From contig NGBS01001160.1 of the NCBI GenBank assembly GCA_002245135.1, forward strand, positions 1 through 64,000: a stretch of DNA of 64,000 nt, in the 5' to 3' direction. A program made the position numbers and the translations under genes. Position 1 is the stretch's first letter. Each line of letters starts with the position of its first letter. The stretch is from Proteromonas lacertae. Taxonomy: Eukaryota. The notes beneath the pieces were generated by a model, which saw only the letters and a list, made by a program, of their open reading frames with translations, searched no databases and was not told the origin of the DNA. Shown one piece after another: positions 39,585 through 54,281 of this stretch.

Positions 39585-42500
39585 ATGGATAAGTATTATA
39601 TCATAAACTCTATTTTATAGAAATTCAGATCTATCACATAAAATACACTCATATAACTTTTATTTACATGGGAAGTGTTATTGTTTCGCAGAAAACTCGT
39701 TATTCCTTTTCGATATTGATAATAAATTCAGAAAGACAGTAGCAGGTATAGTAACACATCCAATATTTGATGCTCTAATATTATTGCTCATTTTAGTAAA
39801 TTCAGTTTTTCTCGCTATATCAGATTATAAATGTGTTATTATAGATCAAAATGTATTGTTATTTGTAAATATATTTTCAATAGGAGCCTATATACCATGG
39901 AATTAACCCTGAGACGCTAGAGCCTTGTACATCTCTAGCAAATGCACTTATGGATAATGTAGAACTACCTTTTACAATTATATTCATACTTGAAGCAGTT
40001 TTGAAAATTATCGCAATGGGATTTATATTTGGTAAGGGATCCTATCTTCGTGATGGTTGGAATTGGATAGATTTTGTAGTTGTTATATCAGGCATATTGA
40101 CAAGTGTACCAAACGTTCCAAAAGTATCATTCTTAAGAGCATTCAGAGTACTTCGTCCATTACGTAGTTTGAATAGATGTATATATATATTTATTTATTA
40201 TATTTATTATATATTAGTGCCACGAATGAAAATGATTGTTGGTGCTTTATTATCTTCAATACCAGATTTAATGAATGTTTTGGTTTTAGTCATTTTTGTT
40301 TTTGTTATATTTGGTATTTTAGGTGTAAATTTCATGAAAGGAACCAGTCATTTTAGATGTCGATTAACTCCATACCCTGTAACAGTAAATAGAACACTTT
40401 ATAGCCAATATACAGATTTAGAAATGGAATGGTATTTAGCAGGACAACCAACTGATCATATAGTGTATGATATAATTAATAATAGAGAGTTATATCCATA
40501 TTGTCATTATGATGGTAATGTATCTGCTACAATTCCATTAGATATGGATGAATGGGATCAAGCATCATCAGCTTGGCGAATACCTCGAGTATGTGTTTGG
40601 CCAACGGATCAGGATACTATTAGATTATGTTCAACCAGTAGTGGTGGTGGTTATTATTGTCCTGATAATATGTATTGTGCATCAAACTACGATACTTATG
40701 GTAATAAAAGATTTATTGAATGATAAAAGGAATTATATGCAGGAAGCTGAATATTATGAGGAATTTGGTTTTGGTTATCCAAGATATGATACTATATTAG
40801 ATGTAGCAATGCCTTTCCTTCAAACACTGACTGTTGAAGGTTGGACTGATTTGATGTATGTTTATATGGATAGTAATCCTGAATATATCCCATTAATATG
40901 GTATTTAGCACTGTTAGTAGTTGGTAATTTCTTTGTTTTAAACTTACTACTTGCAGTTATTTCGTCTAACTTTGATTCTGCTCAAGAGGAGATGAAGATT
41001 CAAAGAAAAGCTGAAGAGGAATATAAAAAGAATCATTCATCTTATTTAAGAACACAAACATCACAGTTATATGAGAAAGCTTATGATCAACCAAATCTAA
41101 TAAGAAGATATGTATTTAGATTTATGCATAATTCAAAGATGGAAGCTTTTATAATTCTTTGCATTTTAATAAACACAGTTACATTATCATTGGATATGTA
41201 TCCACCTAATAAAATTGTAGCAAATACAGCTGAATATGTTAATTTTGTTTTAACAATGATATTTATGTTGGAATTGGTATTAAAATTGATTGGAATGGGT
41301 CCTAAACTATGGTGTAAAGATGGTTTCAATATATTTGATGCAATTATTGTTTTAATCAGTTTAATTGAATTATCAATTTATCCTCCAAGTTTTATTAGTG
41401 GAGATGAGCAAGGTAATAGTTCTGGAGTATCTGCTTTAAGAACATTACGTTTAATTCGTTTATTTAAATTAGCTAGATCATGGACATCTTTACAGGAATT
41501 AATAAGGACATTAAGCAGATCTGTTGGTGATATTCTTAACTTTCTATTGTTATTGGTTATTTATATATTCGTTGAAACTTTAATGGGAATGCAATTCTTT
41601 GCCAATCAGTTAAGATTTGATGAAATATCTGGTTTCAAAGTAGATTTAGGAACTGTTGAATATGGTAGTGGCAGTTGTTCCAAGATGTAATTATGATTCA
41701 TTTCTATATGCCTTTGAAACTGTATTTCAGCATTTAGCCATTGATAATTACAACTTAGTAATGTATGATCAAAGAAGAGGATCTGGATGGGTTAGTGAAT
41801 TTTACACATTTAATTTGATCATTATTGGTAATTGGATGTTATTGAACTTATTCTTGGCTATTTTATTAGGAAATTTCAATGGTGATAATGAAATGAATAA
41901 ATCTAGCTCGTTTACATCTTACATGCAATCATTTAAGTCAATAGCTAATAAACTTAGAGATAAATGTTGCTGTTGTTTTGCTAGATCAAAGAATGTAGTA
42001 TCACCAGAACCATCAGTTACTGTTTCAAGAGCAGCTTCAGTTACTATGAAATCACCACATGCATCAATAATGAGAAAAAGTGCTGCAACTGGCTTATTAT
42101 CAAAGAAAAATAGTGAGAAGATTCTTACACCTACTGCAAGTGAAAAGAATCTGTTTGATAAACATCATTCAATGAAAAACATGCCAACAAGAGGATTATT
42201 AAAGGAAAATAAATATGGAACACAAGCAGCTATAACAAATACACCAACCACACCAAATCCAGGAGAACTAACACCAACAGCATCAGATAAGAAGAAATAT
42301 AGAAGAAGAAGTGTAGGAGGTAATGAAATAATCAAAAGATCACCAACATCTTTAGGTATCTCAATGGCAAATCAAGGAGCAATATTTAGTGAAACGGATA
42401 AAGGATTTTCTAAAAGAATGTCCAGTAGAATGACTAGTTCAATTACGCCAGGTACTTCATCTCCAGTAGAAGTTACTGGTAAAGAACAAACTGCTAAAGT

Positions 42501-45500
42501 AGATGCTAGAACTAAAGAAATTCAATCATTAAAACATATGACAGCTGCTGCATTTATGAAGAAAAAGAAGTTGGATGAGAAGTTGAAAGAAAAAGCTGAA
42601 GCAGCTAAACATAAAGCAAATGAAAATAACAACAATAAGTCTATGAAAGAAGAAAAATCTGTGACAGAAGAAAAGTCACAGAAATCTGAAAAACCTGAAA
42701 AATTAGATAAGAAATCATCAGTTGCATCAATGAAATCTTCAAAACGATCTTTATTCTTAACACCTCAGAGTTCATACAATAGTTCAGGCAGTGATACATC
42801 CATTGATGATTATTTCATGCAAACAGTAACAGTTACTGATGAATGTGAAATAACTATTGATGGAAAAGCATTTTTCCTTTTAACACCTGATAATTGGCTA
42901 AGATCACATGTCGCTGATATTGTTCAGAATAAATGGTTTGATAGAGTTATTTTGGTATTAATTGTTATAAGTTCTGTGTCATTAGCGATTGATAGTCCAT
43001 TGAATAATCCAAATGGTACTCTTCATAAAACATTACATATATTAGATATTATTATGACTACTTTATTTACTATAGAAATGGTAATGAAAATGATTACATT
43101 TGGATTGCTATTTGGTAAATATAGTTATTTAAAAAGTGCCTGGAATATTTTAGATTGTTTTGTAATAGTTATATCTATTTTCGCTTTGTTACCAAATGTG
43201 AAATGTTAGTTCAAATCTAACAGCATTGAGATCTTTGCGTACTTTAAGAGCATTAAGACCATTGAGAGTTGTTAGTAGATTTCCTGGTTTGAAATTGATT
43301 GTAAATGCATTAGTTGCTTCAATTCCTGGTATTATTAATGTGTTTTTAATCACATTTTTGGCTTTCTTAATATTCTCTGTGATTGGTACTAATTATTTCA
43401 AAGGTTATAATTGGGGATGTCAAGGTGAAAAGTATGATAATTTAGATGATGAGAAATTAGAATTGATATTCTATCCTCGTTTATATTCAAATCTAACAGA
43501 TGAAGAGAAATCTTGGGGATCTCGAGAAGGATATACAAAGAAAACATCTGAAGCTGTTTGTATATGGTTAGGATGTGAATGGAAGAATAGATATCATTGT
43601 CCAGAACATTATGATCACATCTTCCAATCATTATCTACATTTTTCCAAATGGTTACTACTGAAGGATGGCAAGATATGTCATATATTGGAATAGATGGAA
43701 GAGGAATAGGAATGCAACCAATTCCTGAATCTAATAAGTATTGGTATTTCTTCTTTATGTTATTCATTGTAATTGGTGCTTTCTTCTTCATTCAATTATT
43801 CGTAGGTGTTGTTATTGATAATTTCAATTCAATGAAAAGAAAGATTGGTAAAGACCATGCATTTTTAACTGATCAACAAAGAGAATGGGTTGAATTGCAA
43901 GAAGCATTATTAGCTATGAAGTTAAGAAGACCAATGAAAAGACCCAAACAAAGATTAAGAAAAAGATGTTTTAATCTGATAATGACAAAGACATTTGATT
44001 GGTTCATTATGATTTGTATTATATGTAATACTATTTTGATGATGATATCTCATTTTGGTGAACCAAAATTATTCTCTCAAGTTACTGATATTTTTAATTA
44101 TGTGTTTTGTATTATATTTACCATCGAAATGATATTAAAACTAATTGGATTAGGTTTAAAACAATATTTCAATGAAGGTTGGAATATATTTGATTTTATT
44201 GTTACACTTGGTTCTGATATTGGTGTTATTTTAAAAGCTACAATTAATAGTAAAGATCTAAGTATTTTGTTGGTTGTTAGGACATTTAGAATTGGTAGAG
44301 TTCTTCGTTTAATTCAATCAGCTAAATCATTAAGAACTCTGTTTAATACTTTAGTTTTAACCTTACCATCATTAGCTAATGTCAGTGGAATATTATTGCT
44401 ATTTTTCTTCATTTATGCAATTATGGGATTACAACTATTTGCTACAGTAGCACCTGGTGATTATGTTAATGATTATATGAACTTTAGAACATTTCCAAGA
44501 TCATTTTTGACATTAGTTCGTTGTTCAACAGGGGAAGTGTGGAATTTTATAATGTATGATAATTGTAGAACTAGTAATTGTAATAATAATGTTCAATATA
44601 ATGAATCAGTGTGTGGTTATAATGATTTTGATGGTTGTACTCCATTAGATGGTTGTGGGACAAATTTAGCTTATGTTTTCTTCTTTTCATTTACTGTTCT
44701 TATTTCTTGGATATTATTACAATTGTTTATCGGAGTTATTATGGATGGATTTGGTGATGTAAATAGTGAAGAAAATGCAAAATTAACACCTGAACAACAT
44801 GATGAATTTGTAGAAGCTTGGAATCAATTTGATCCTGATGCTAAATGTTATATTCCTCTCTCTATAATTGATGATTTATTCATGTTAATACCTCCACCAA
44901 TGGGATTTGGTCCAAATGTAATTGGTCAAGATCTGAGAAGAAGAATCGCTAATATGAGAATTCCTATGTATAAACATGGTAATGAAGAACCTCGTGTTTA
45001 TTTTAGTGATGTTACTTTGGCATGTGCAAGACGTATTCTTGAAGATGAATTGAGAGAAAAAGGTTTAGAAGATGTTGATTTAGATTTACCTATTGATCAT
45101 AGAGCTAATAAAGCATGGAAAAAGAAGTTTAAGAAGATTAAAAAAGTTTCTGATTATGATATTGAATATAGTATTAAACATTATCAATCTGTTTATACAA
45201 TTATTCAAGCATACAATTGTTATAGATTGAGATTAGTTATGAAAAATAAATATAACAAAATTGTAGAAGAAGAAGAAGAAGAAGAAGAGAGTGAAGAGGG
45301 AAATGATATGAAATTTCCAACAAGAAATCAGAAAATGAATCCTTACAAAAAAGGATTTGGAACTGAAAATGAAAATTCATATGAAAGAGTGTATGTGAAA
45401 GAGAATAAAAATCAAACTGAGAATGTCAATGACAAAGAGAATCAAGATAGAATAACAAATGAAGTTCAAAATGAAAATAACAATGAGAATGGAAGTGGAA

Positions 45501-45757
45501 ATGAAAATGTGAATGTTAGTGACAATCAAAATGAGAAGGGAACTGAGAATGTGAATGAGAATGAAAATATAAATGCAAATGAACATCAGAATGTCAATCA
45601 AGAAGAAAATCAGAATATGGATCAAAATCAAAATGGCAATGTGAATGAAATTCAAAATGAGTATGGCAATGAGAATGTGAATGTGGAAGTAAATATAAAT
45701 CAAAATATGAGTCAATGTGTAGTTATAGATGAAAATTTTCCTATACCAGAATTTTAG
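39585..45757 (+). CDS. Four-domain voltage-gated Ca2+(/Na+) channel alpha subunit, with three unexplained frame breaks
   Basis: Four S4 segments (LRAFRVLRPLR, LRTLRLIRLFK, LRTLRALRPLR, VRTFRIGRVLR), four pore loops (TVEGW, AIDNY, TTEGW, TGEVW) and an EF-hand-like WNQFDPDA. Confidence 0.93.
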
Positions 45758-45845
45758 AATTAATTAATTATTTCTATTTATAAAATCAATTTATTTAAGA
45801 AAAATAATGTATATTTTTTTTTATTTTTATAAATGTTTTTTATAA

Positions 45846-48800
45846 TTATATTTTCCTTTTAAACAACAAAATCAATCCAATAATAATAATAATATCTGTT
45901 TTATAATAATGGTTTTTGTTCTTCTGCATATTTTTATTTTCATTGTTTTTTCTTTTATTCATCATATACCTGATAAGATAAACAACTCCAATTATTACTA
46001 TTAATCCAAATATTGAACTCATGCATATAATCAATATAACTGTAGCATTTGGTTTGTTATGACAATAATTCTCAATTTCTCCCCAAACTCCAACTCCATT
46101 TATTTCATTACACTTTCTTTTCATAGTTCCTGCTGTTTGACAAGGTATTTCAGCAGTATCTCCAGCTAGTGTTGAAGGCCATATGCCATCTTCACTACAG
46201 TAAATACTCTCTATTTTAATAATAATATCTTTAGTAACATATTCATCATCACTCACAATAGTGATTTGATAATTAATGTTTTTAGAAGAATTTAATGACT
46301 TTCCATACAATATTCCATCTGATTCAATGAAATGTAAACCTTCTGGAAGATTTGGTTTAAGTCTATATTCTACATTATTACCTATCGCTTTGATTAAATA
46401 GAATGGTTCTACATATACAGAAGGATTGAAAGAGTTATTGGTAGATAAATATGTTACTAATAGTGTTTTCGGTAATGTTAAAACTAATTTTATTTCATAT
46501 TCAATTGAAGCATGAGAATTTGCTACATTTACTATACAATTTCTATTCAATCGAGATGTATCTAATGTAACACCTTTTATATCTCCATTCAAATAATCAA
46601 TTTCCAAACCACTTGGTAAATTATTTATTGTATAGAATAGATTCTGTCCTAATACAACACCAGTTGAAATTGATACTTCTTGACCTACTTCAATTTTTAT
46701 TTCTTTCTTATAACTTACTAAAATTGGAACTATTGGATGTGAAATGTCTAAATCAATCATCATATCAGTATAATTCAATTCAGTCTCAGCTCTAATCACA
46801 ATCTTTTCACTTCTGGCTTGAAGATATTGTATCTTTCCACTTATAATACCATTTTCTTTATTCAAAACTAAATTCTTCGGTAATTGACTTTCAGCTTTGT
46901 ACTTCAAATTCTTTCCATAAACATCATAAAATACTAAATTCTTATAATCTGTACCATAATGAAGTGAAGCAAATTTAACAGAAGATAAAATATTTGGAGT
47001 ATCTGGTAGATATGAATTGAGATAAAATACATAATAAATTGTTCTATTTTCATTTTTAACTGTAAGTAAATATTCTCTTTTTTCTAATTCTTCTTTCAAT
47101 AAACCACTCAATAGACCATTTTGACTTAATTTAATACCTTTTGGTAAATCTGGATAAACATCATATACCAATTCCTTTCCAATAACATTGAAAATCTTTT
47201 CATTATCATATATATTTCCACTCTTCAATGTTATTACATTATCTTTCATATTTACTATTGGATAATAACTCTCTTCAACACTAATGGTAATTTGAATTGC
47301 TTCTTTACCATGTTCATTCTTGACTGTTATTTCATATTCAGTATCCTTCATTAATTCATCACATTCACCTACAATAAAACCATCTGAAAGTGATAAACCT
47401 TTAGGCAATGATGGAGTTATAGAATACTCTAAATTAATTCCACTAATATCACCAATTGAAGTGGATGTATATTCATATTGAATGAGTGATAATTTGCCTA
47501 TTTTATTCAATACTATTGGTTCTTCTTCACAAAGATTCTCTATTTCTTTCCATTTTGGAGATACACCATTCAAACATTCAAATATCTTATATGTTTCACT
47601 TGGACTTTTACACTGAATTTTTACTATTTCGCCTGAAGAAGTTTCTGGTAGATTTCCTACTGCTGAACAATAGTTGTTTCTACAACTTAATAATCTCAAT
47701 TTGTTTATATTCATTTGATCATTATTATCACCACTTATCTTATTAACTTCACTAATATTGAATCGAATAATATTAAATCCATCACTATTTCCAGCGAATT
47801 TAATATACTTTGAAGATTTCTTTTCGGTTAATCCTATATCTTTTACATCAATCAAAGTTGTATTAGAACTGGTAGTTGATCCACATCCTTGTATCTTCAT
47901 TGATTTAGGAATGCCATTTACAGTGTAATTATCATCATCATCTTCAGCATAACTCTCAATATACAATGCATTTGGATAGAAATAGTTATTTTCACCAAAA
48001 TTATATTCAATTTCAATATTATTATTTCCACTTTCAAAACCTTCTGGTAATTCAGTTGCCCAATACTTATCATTATTTAAAAATACATTTGTTACATTTG
48101 TATTATATAAGCTTGTATTATTTGGATATAATTTAATCACATTACCTCCATAAACATTCAAATTAGTACATCCATCATGATCATCTAATAAATCAACTGT
48201 TAAATTGAAATGAGGATATTTCATTTCGCTTTCATGTTTATGTAATTCCACAGCAATTAATGTTTTTTCAGATGTCATTACATCTAATGGAAGTAAGAAT
48301 TTTACATTGGTTATTATATCATTATAATCACTAGCTGGAGTATTTTCATCATATTTATCATAATCCATATTATCTTTAAACACTTGAATTCCATTTATAT
48401 ACACAACAATACCAGATAAGTAATTCAATGATATCAATGCTGATACAAATGGTAAATCTTCATTGACATCAAAATAATGACGAATATAAGTGGTATTTGT
48501 TGTTGTTTTTGGTATTTGATCAAATAAAGATGTTTTCCAATCATCTTTTGTTTCAACTTTGTAATAATCTTCTAAATAATGATGTGAATAACTCCATTGG
48601 ATCTTTGAGTGTAAAAATGGATGTAAATGTAATGGAATATCTCTCAAATGTTGATTTACATTAACACTATATTCACCATACACTAAATTATTAACTTTTA
48701 ATATAATATGATTATTTTTCCATCCTTCTAACTTTGGATTTGTATCGTATAAATGAATAACATAATCATCATCACCTACACATATATTCTCATAATATGT

Positions 48801-51800
48801 TTCACGTTTTGGATAACTATAAGCACTAGCATGATACACTTCCTTCTTTGTTGAATTAGTTAATGATAAAGACATGAATTTTCTAGTTTCTTCATCTTCA
48901 ATATGATAGAGTAAAGTCAAAGCAATTTTACCATTACTAATACAAGCCAAGCTCTCTTGATTACTATTAACTATTATTCTCATAGTGTAAAGATAAGGAG
49001 TGCCAATAAATCCATAAACACCAAAATAATACGTCTTTTCAGACATTTCAGTTAAATATCCCCACAATTTACCAGTTTCTATATCATAATTCATTCCATA
49101 TGATAATCCTTTTGGTTCTCTAAATCCATAAATATAACCAGTTACGTTTGGATATAGTGTAAAGTTTTGATATGGATAAACAGTAAGATCTTGATCATTA
49201 TTATAACTAATTGTAGGAGCTTTATTTATTGTAGTAAATACTTCATGAACTGTTTGATATTGCTTGAATTTCTTCATAAATAAAACCTTTCCATCAACTG
49301 TTAGGTTAAGTGTAAAATCATGTAATGGATTTTCAATATGGAACAAATAATCACCAGCTACTAAACATAATGAAGTTGTATTTAAAACAGTTGTTAATAA
49401 TATCTCACTTTGTGAACTACCATCTACAGCAGATAATACTAAACGAATAGAAGATTCATTATAATCAGAAATATAAGTGAATAAATGGTTTACTTCTTCA
49501 CCTTTACAAATTGGAGTAAAAGCAATAACATTTTCATGTTTGACAAGTCTATTTCCATCCTTTGCTTTAAAACAAATACTATAATATATAAACATAATAA
49601 ATAATATATATATATATATACTTTTCTAATTGTGTAGTAGAATCAGGAATACCTGTAATTCTAAGATGGCCATTTGAAGTATCAACTGTCAAGTGTTTTG
49701 TGAGATTATTCAATAATACATATTCTTCTACATTTCCTATTCTATTATATATTTCTATATCTAATTTTTCTGTTTGTTTGAATGTTGCTATTTCATCTGT
49801 AATATCTTTTCCAGTGATTAGATTATGAATATAAAAATCACCTGGTAAAATGTAATTAATTACTTCTACAGTGATTTGACAAGAGTAAATATTCTCATTT
49901 GTTTCAATTGTGATGATGTAATTTTGACGGTTTGATTGTTCAACTAATGGATTTCCAGTAATTTCACCATTTTCTTTGTTTAATTTCAATCCATCTGGTA
50001 AATTGGGATATACTTTTATATTCTTAATATTTGATGGAACATCTATTAATTTGTTTGGTATTATTGTCTCATTAAAATAGTAAGTTGCATCAGAGTAATT
50101 ATATTCAACTACATTTTGTGGAACTATAATAATAATAATAAAAAAATAAAATAATAAAAATATACTGTAATACAAATCATAACGAGCTGTTTTATTATCT
50201 AAATAAAACCCAACCTCAACAAAATGGATCATTAAAATTGTTTGTATATTTCAATGTAAATGGATAAATCGCATTCTCAATATTTACATCATTATAAACA
50301 GTTGTAGTGATATTTTGACACTTTGAATCTTCTATTGTAACAGCATTACTAATAGTAATAAAAACAGAATCTGAATGAGTTACATGAATACTATACTTTC
50401 CAGATAATTCAAAGCCAATATAACCTTTCATTATCATCGAGTATTCACCATTAAATAATGATGGTAAATCAGCAAATCTTCCATCTACCAATGTAGAATG
50501 ATTTATAGTTTTTTCATGTCTTGATATATATACTTCACTATCTTTATTATCATCATCTGGTTCATAATATGTTTGACATTTTTCATCAAAAGCATTCTTA
50601 CTTTTTACATAATAAGCGTATAAACCTGATTTGTAACTATCAATTACATTTATATATAATGTTATTTCATTAGTTATCGAATGTGTATTTTGACATTTTA
50701 TATGATAAGCTTTAGATTCTTGAATTTCTGATACTTTTCCTTCTATAACCATACTTGTAGATTTCTTACTAAACCTTAAACCATTTGGCAATTCTTCATC
50801 ACTTCCACAATTGGTTAAATCTCCATTATCAACAATTAATTCTATTTCATCAATCATTTCATTCACACCAAATGTATAATTGTATTTAGGACTTGATAAT
50901 TCAAGTGCAGGGTTGAAAGTATCATCATAAAATTCAACAGGAATATCTTTTCTTTCTCCATCATTCTTACTATATTGAATAACAAAATAATTACTATTAA
51001 AACTATCACTATATGTTTCTACAAATGCTAACATTTTATGCAATCCTTTATCCAGATTGATTGATTTATTATAATGATTCAATTCTTTAGAGCATATATC
51101 AAATTCATCAATTACTTTTACATCATCAATATATAACTCTACACTATCATAAATATCAACGTAGAATGTATAATCACTCTTTTCATTAACTGATAAATTC
51201 CAATTCATATAAAATGTGTAAGGAGAAGATTTTACATTCGGGAATAGATCTTTAACTTCATTTTCATCTTCATAACCGTGAAATTTTTGAATATAAGTAA
51301 TTCCTGTATGATTATTAATTGGATTTTCCCAAGCATAATGACAATTGTGTTTAGTGAAAGATGTGAAATTATATCTCAATCCTTTATTAACAAAATCATT
51401 ATTTCCATCTACTGTCAAGTGTAATAAATAATACTCATTATCATTCTTATTCTCTTTTTCAACTATTGCTTCAATTATCACATCTGCTGGAGTATAATTG
51501 CTTACTAGTCTTATTCCCAATTCACCTGTATCTTGATTCAAACTAAACTGTGCTGGATCATTGTTACCTCGATTATAAAACTGAAATGAATCAACTTTCT
51601 TATTACATGTTACATTATAGTATGTATCTTCTTTTGGATATCTATAAAGATGAGAAAATGGATAATGACATTCTAATGGTATATTATCATCATATTCCAA
51701 ATACAATGCAAATTCTTGCAAAGTCATATAATTACCACTATACACCTTGAAGAAGAAATCTAAGGCATTTACACCATCAGCTGATTTACTAAATATAACC

Positions 51801-54172
51801 AAACGACCATTTTCTTCTGTATAATTAAAACCATTAGGTAAATTTTCAATGATATAATATCTATCAACAACTCCTACTCTATTTCTTACTTCCATTCTCA
51901 TTTCTTTTCCTTTTGGATAGGATGATCTTGGTTCAACTTCTACATTATTAATTAAATCATAATAATAGAAATCACTTGGAATTGTTATTTTTTCAACACC
52001 AATTTTAACTGTAACAATTTTAACTTTATCATCTCCTTGTATTTTTACTTCATATTCAGTTGATATACTTTCTATTGTTGGAATTCCTGTGATTTCAGCA
52101 GTTTTAGGATCAATTGATAATCCTTCAGGTAATTCGGGTGATACACTAATCTCTTTAATCTCAAATTCTACAGGTTTTAATAATTCATTCTTTATTATTT
52201 CTTCTCCTAATGTATAAATCATTTCAGAATATTTATATTGAACTTTTTCTTCATTATCATAAATAACTATACAAATATAATACTAATAATAATAATAATA
52301 ATATATACCATGAAATAGCTGTGGTCTATATTCTTTATTATCTAAAAACATGGTGAAATTGAAGAATGGAGTTTGTTGATTATTTAAATATGAAAATGTT
52401 ATTTGATAATAACCTGGATATACTTTACATTGAGTTGTACTATCACTCTTAGCACCACATTTATTCTTTATTACTCCACAAACATTTGGTATGTTCATTT
52501 GACCTCCGTCAGGATTATTAATTTGTAAATAATAAAGACCTTCATAATCAAATTTAATAAAACCATCCCATTCAACAGCAAATTCAGTGTTAAAATTAAC
52601 TGGTAAATCTTCAAATCTTTTTGTTGTTTTATTTATTTGATGTGCAATTTCATATTCATATCTTTTCATATAAACTGATGATTTACTATCATCTGGAGTA
52701 ACAAATGCATTACATTTTTGAGGAAATCTATCAGTTTTCATATAATAAGCAACAAACCCAGGTTTGAGATTACCTTTTATTGCAATACTTATTTCAATTA
52801 CATTTGTGATTGAATGTTCATTTTTACAACTGAAATGGTATGTTTTTGGCTCTTGAATTTCTTTTGGAAATCCTTCAACATAAAATATATCATTTCTTAT
52901 ATATAAACCTTCAGGTAATGTTTCTTGTGATTCACAACTTAGTAAATGACCACTTTTTATTTTCAATTCAATTAAAGAGTAAGTATTTTTTACAAATTCA
53001 TATGAATATTGAGGAGAAAATAATCCTTCAACAGGTTCAAACGAATAATCAATTGCATAAGCAGGTAAAGGTAATTCATCATCACTATTTGGTTTTGAAT
53101 AATATATTGTCATTAAACTATCATTTCTACCTGTAAAGTATCCATCTGAATTAATTTTCATTGGATGAACACCTTTTGTTAAATGAATTGATTCTACTTT
53201 CTTGGTAATATTTGTCAAACATATTTGATTCATGTTTATCAATTCTTTATCATCAACAAACAAAACAGCACTATTATAAACAGATAAATAGAATTTATAA
53301 TCCCCTTCTTCTTCTATTGTGACATTCCAAGTATAATTCATTGAGTATTCATAATAACGACACATAAAAAATATTATTCTCCACGAATGTGCATCATTAT
53401 AACCATACCAACCATCAACATAACCGATATCATTTAAAATACCTACAGGCTCTGGTGGCTCTTCATGACATTTAAAATTTTCATAAGCTGTATAATTGAA
53501 TCTAACACCTTTTACATTCAATTCTTTCTCACTATGTAATAATATTTTCATTTCATGAACTTCATCTGATGTTTTTGCGATTACAGTTAGGTCAATTGGA
53601 GTACCTGAACTGTTACTGAATATTGTGATCTTACCAGTGTTTGTGTCACATTGTACTGATGATGTGGTAGTGTTCATCTTACACACGAATTGAGATACTT
53701 TTTTGTTACACTCACAACTTAACTCATAAACGGAATCTGGACTTTTTATCAACTCTGAAATTGGATAATGACATGTCAATGGCTCATTTCTTTCAACTAT
53801 ATTAGTATTATTAAAAATCAATAAATACCTTCAAGTTGGATTGTAGTAATGCATTTCATCTTTTCGCTTGTTTCTACTGTAATAGTATACTTTGTCAAAG
53901 GTGTGATCTGCTGTGGAGTGCCTGTAATACTTCCGTCATTATTTAAGGTCAAACCAAGTGGTAAATCTGGTGATACATTATACATTCCTTTTATTAAATT
54001 CAAAGGAATAATTGGGCTGATTCTCTTTTTCACAACTAGAGCTGATGTTACAGCAGAATAACTCAAAGCATTACTGTTTAAAGCAACTGCGTTAATCACA
54101 TTAAATGAACACCCTATAATATAATTACAATACTATACAGATCAGAAAGAAAAAGATATAATCATAATTCAT
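45846..54172 (-). CDS. Very large type I membrane surface protein with He_PIG/Ig-like repeats, PA14-like modules and Cys-rich modules
   Basis: Signal peptide, many PxLPxGLxxxxxxGxIxG repeats, a YCSEDGIWPST...C...KRKC...GVW module and a C-terminal TM. Five ORFs joined by ~30-45 nt GT-AG introns (e.g. 53797-53828). Confidence 0.8.
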
Positions 54173-54281
54173 TTTTATCAAGCCAAACACAAATCATTTG
54201 TTGTCCTTCTTTAGTAATTCAAATTCATTTATTAAACCAAAATAAACATCAATAAAATCAAATAATATAAATCCTACATGT

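Noticed and set aside
45390..45710. Asn/Glu-rich quasi-repeats as a separate element
   Set aside because: Low-complexity C-terminal tail in frame with the channel ORF.
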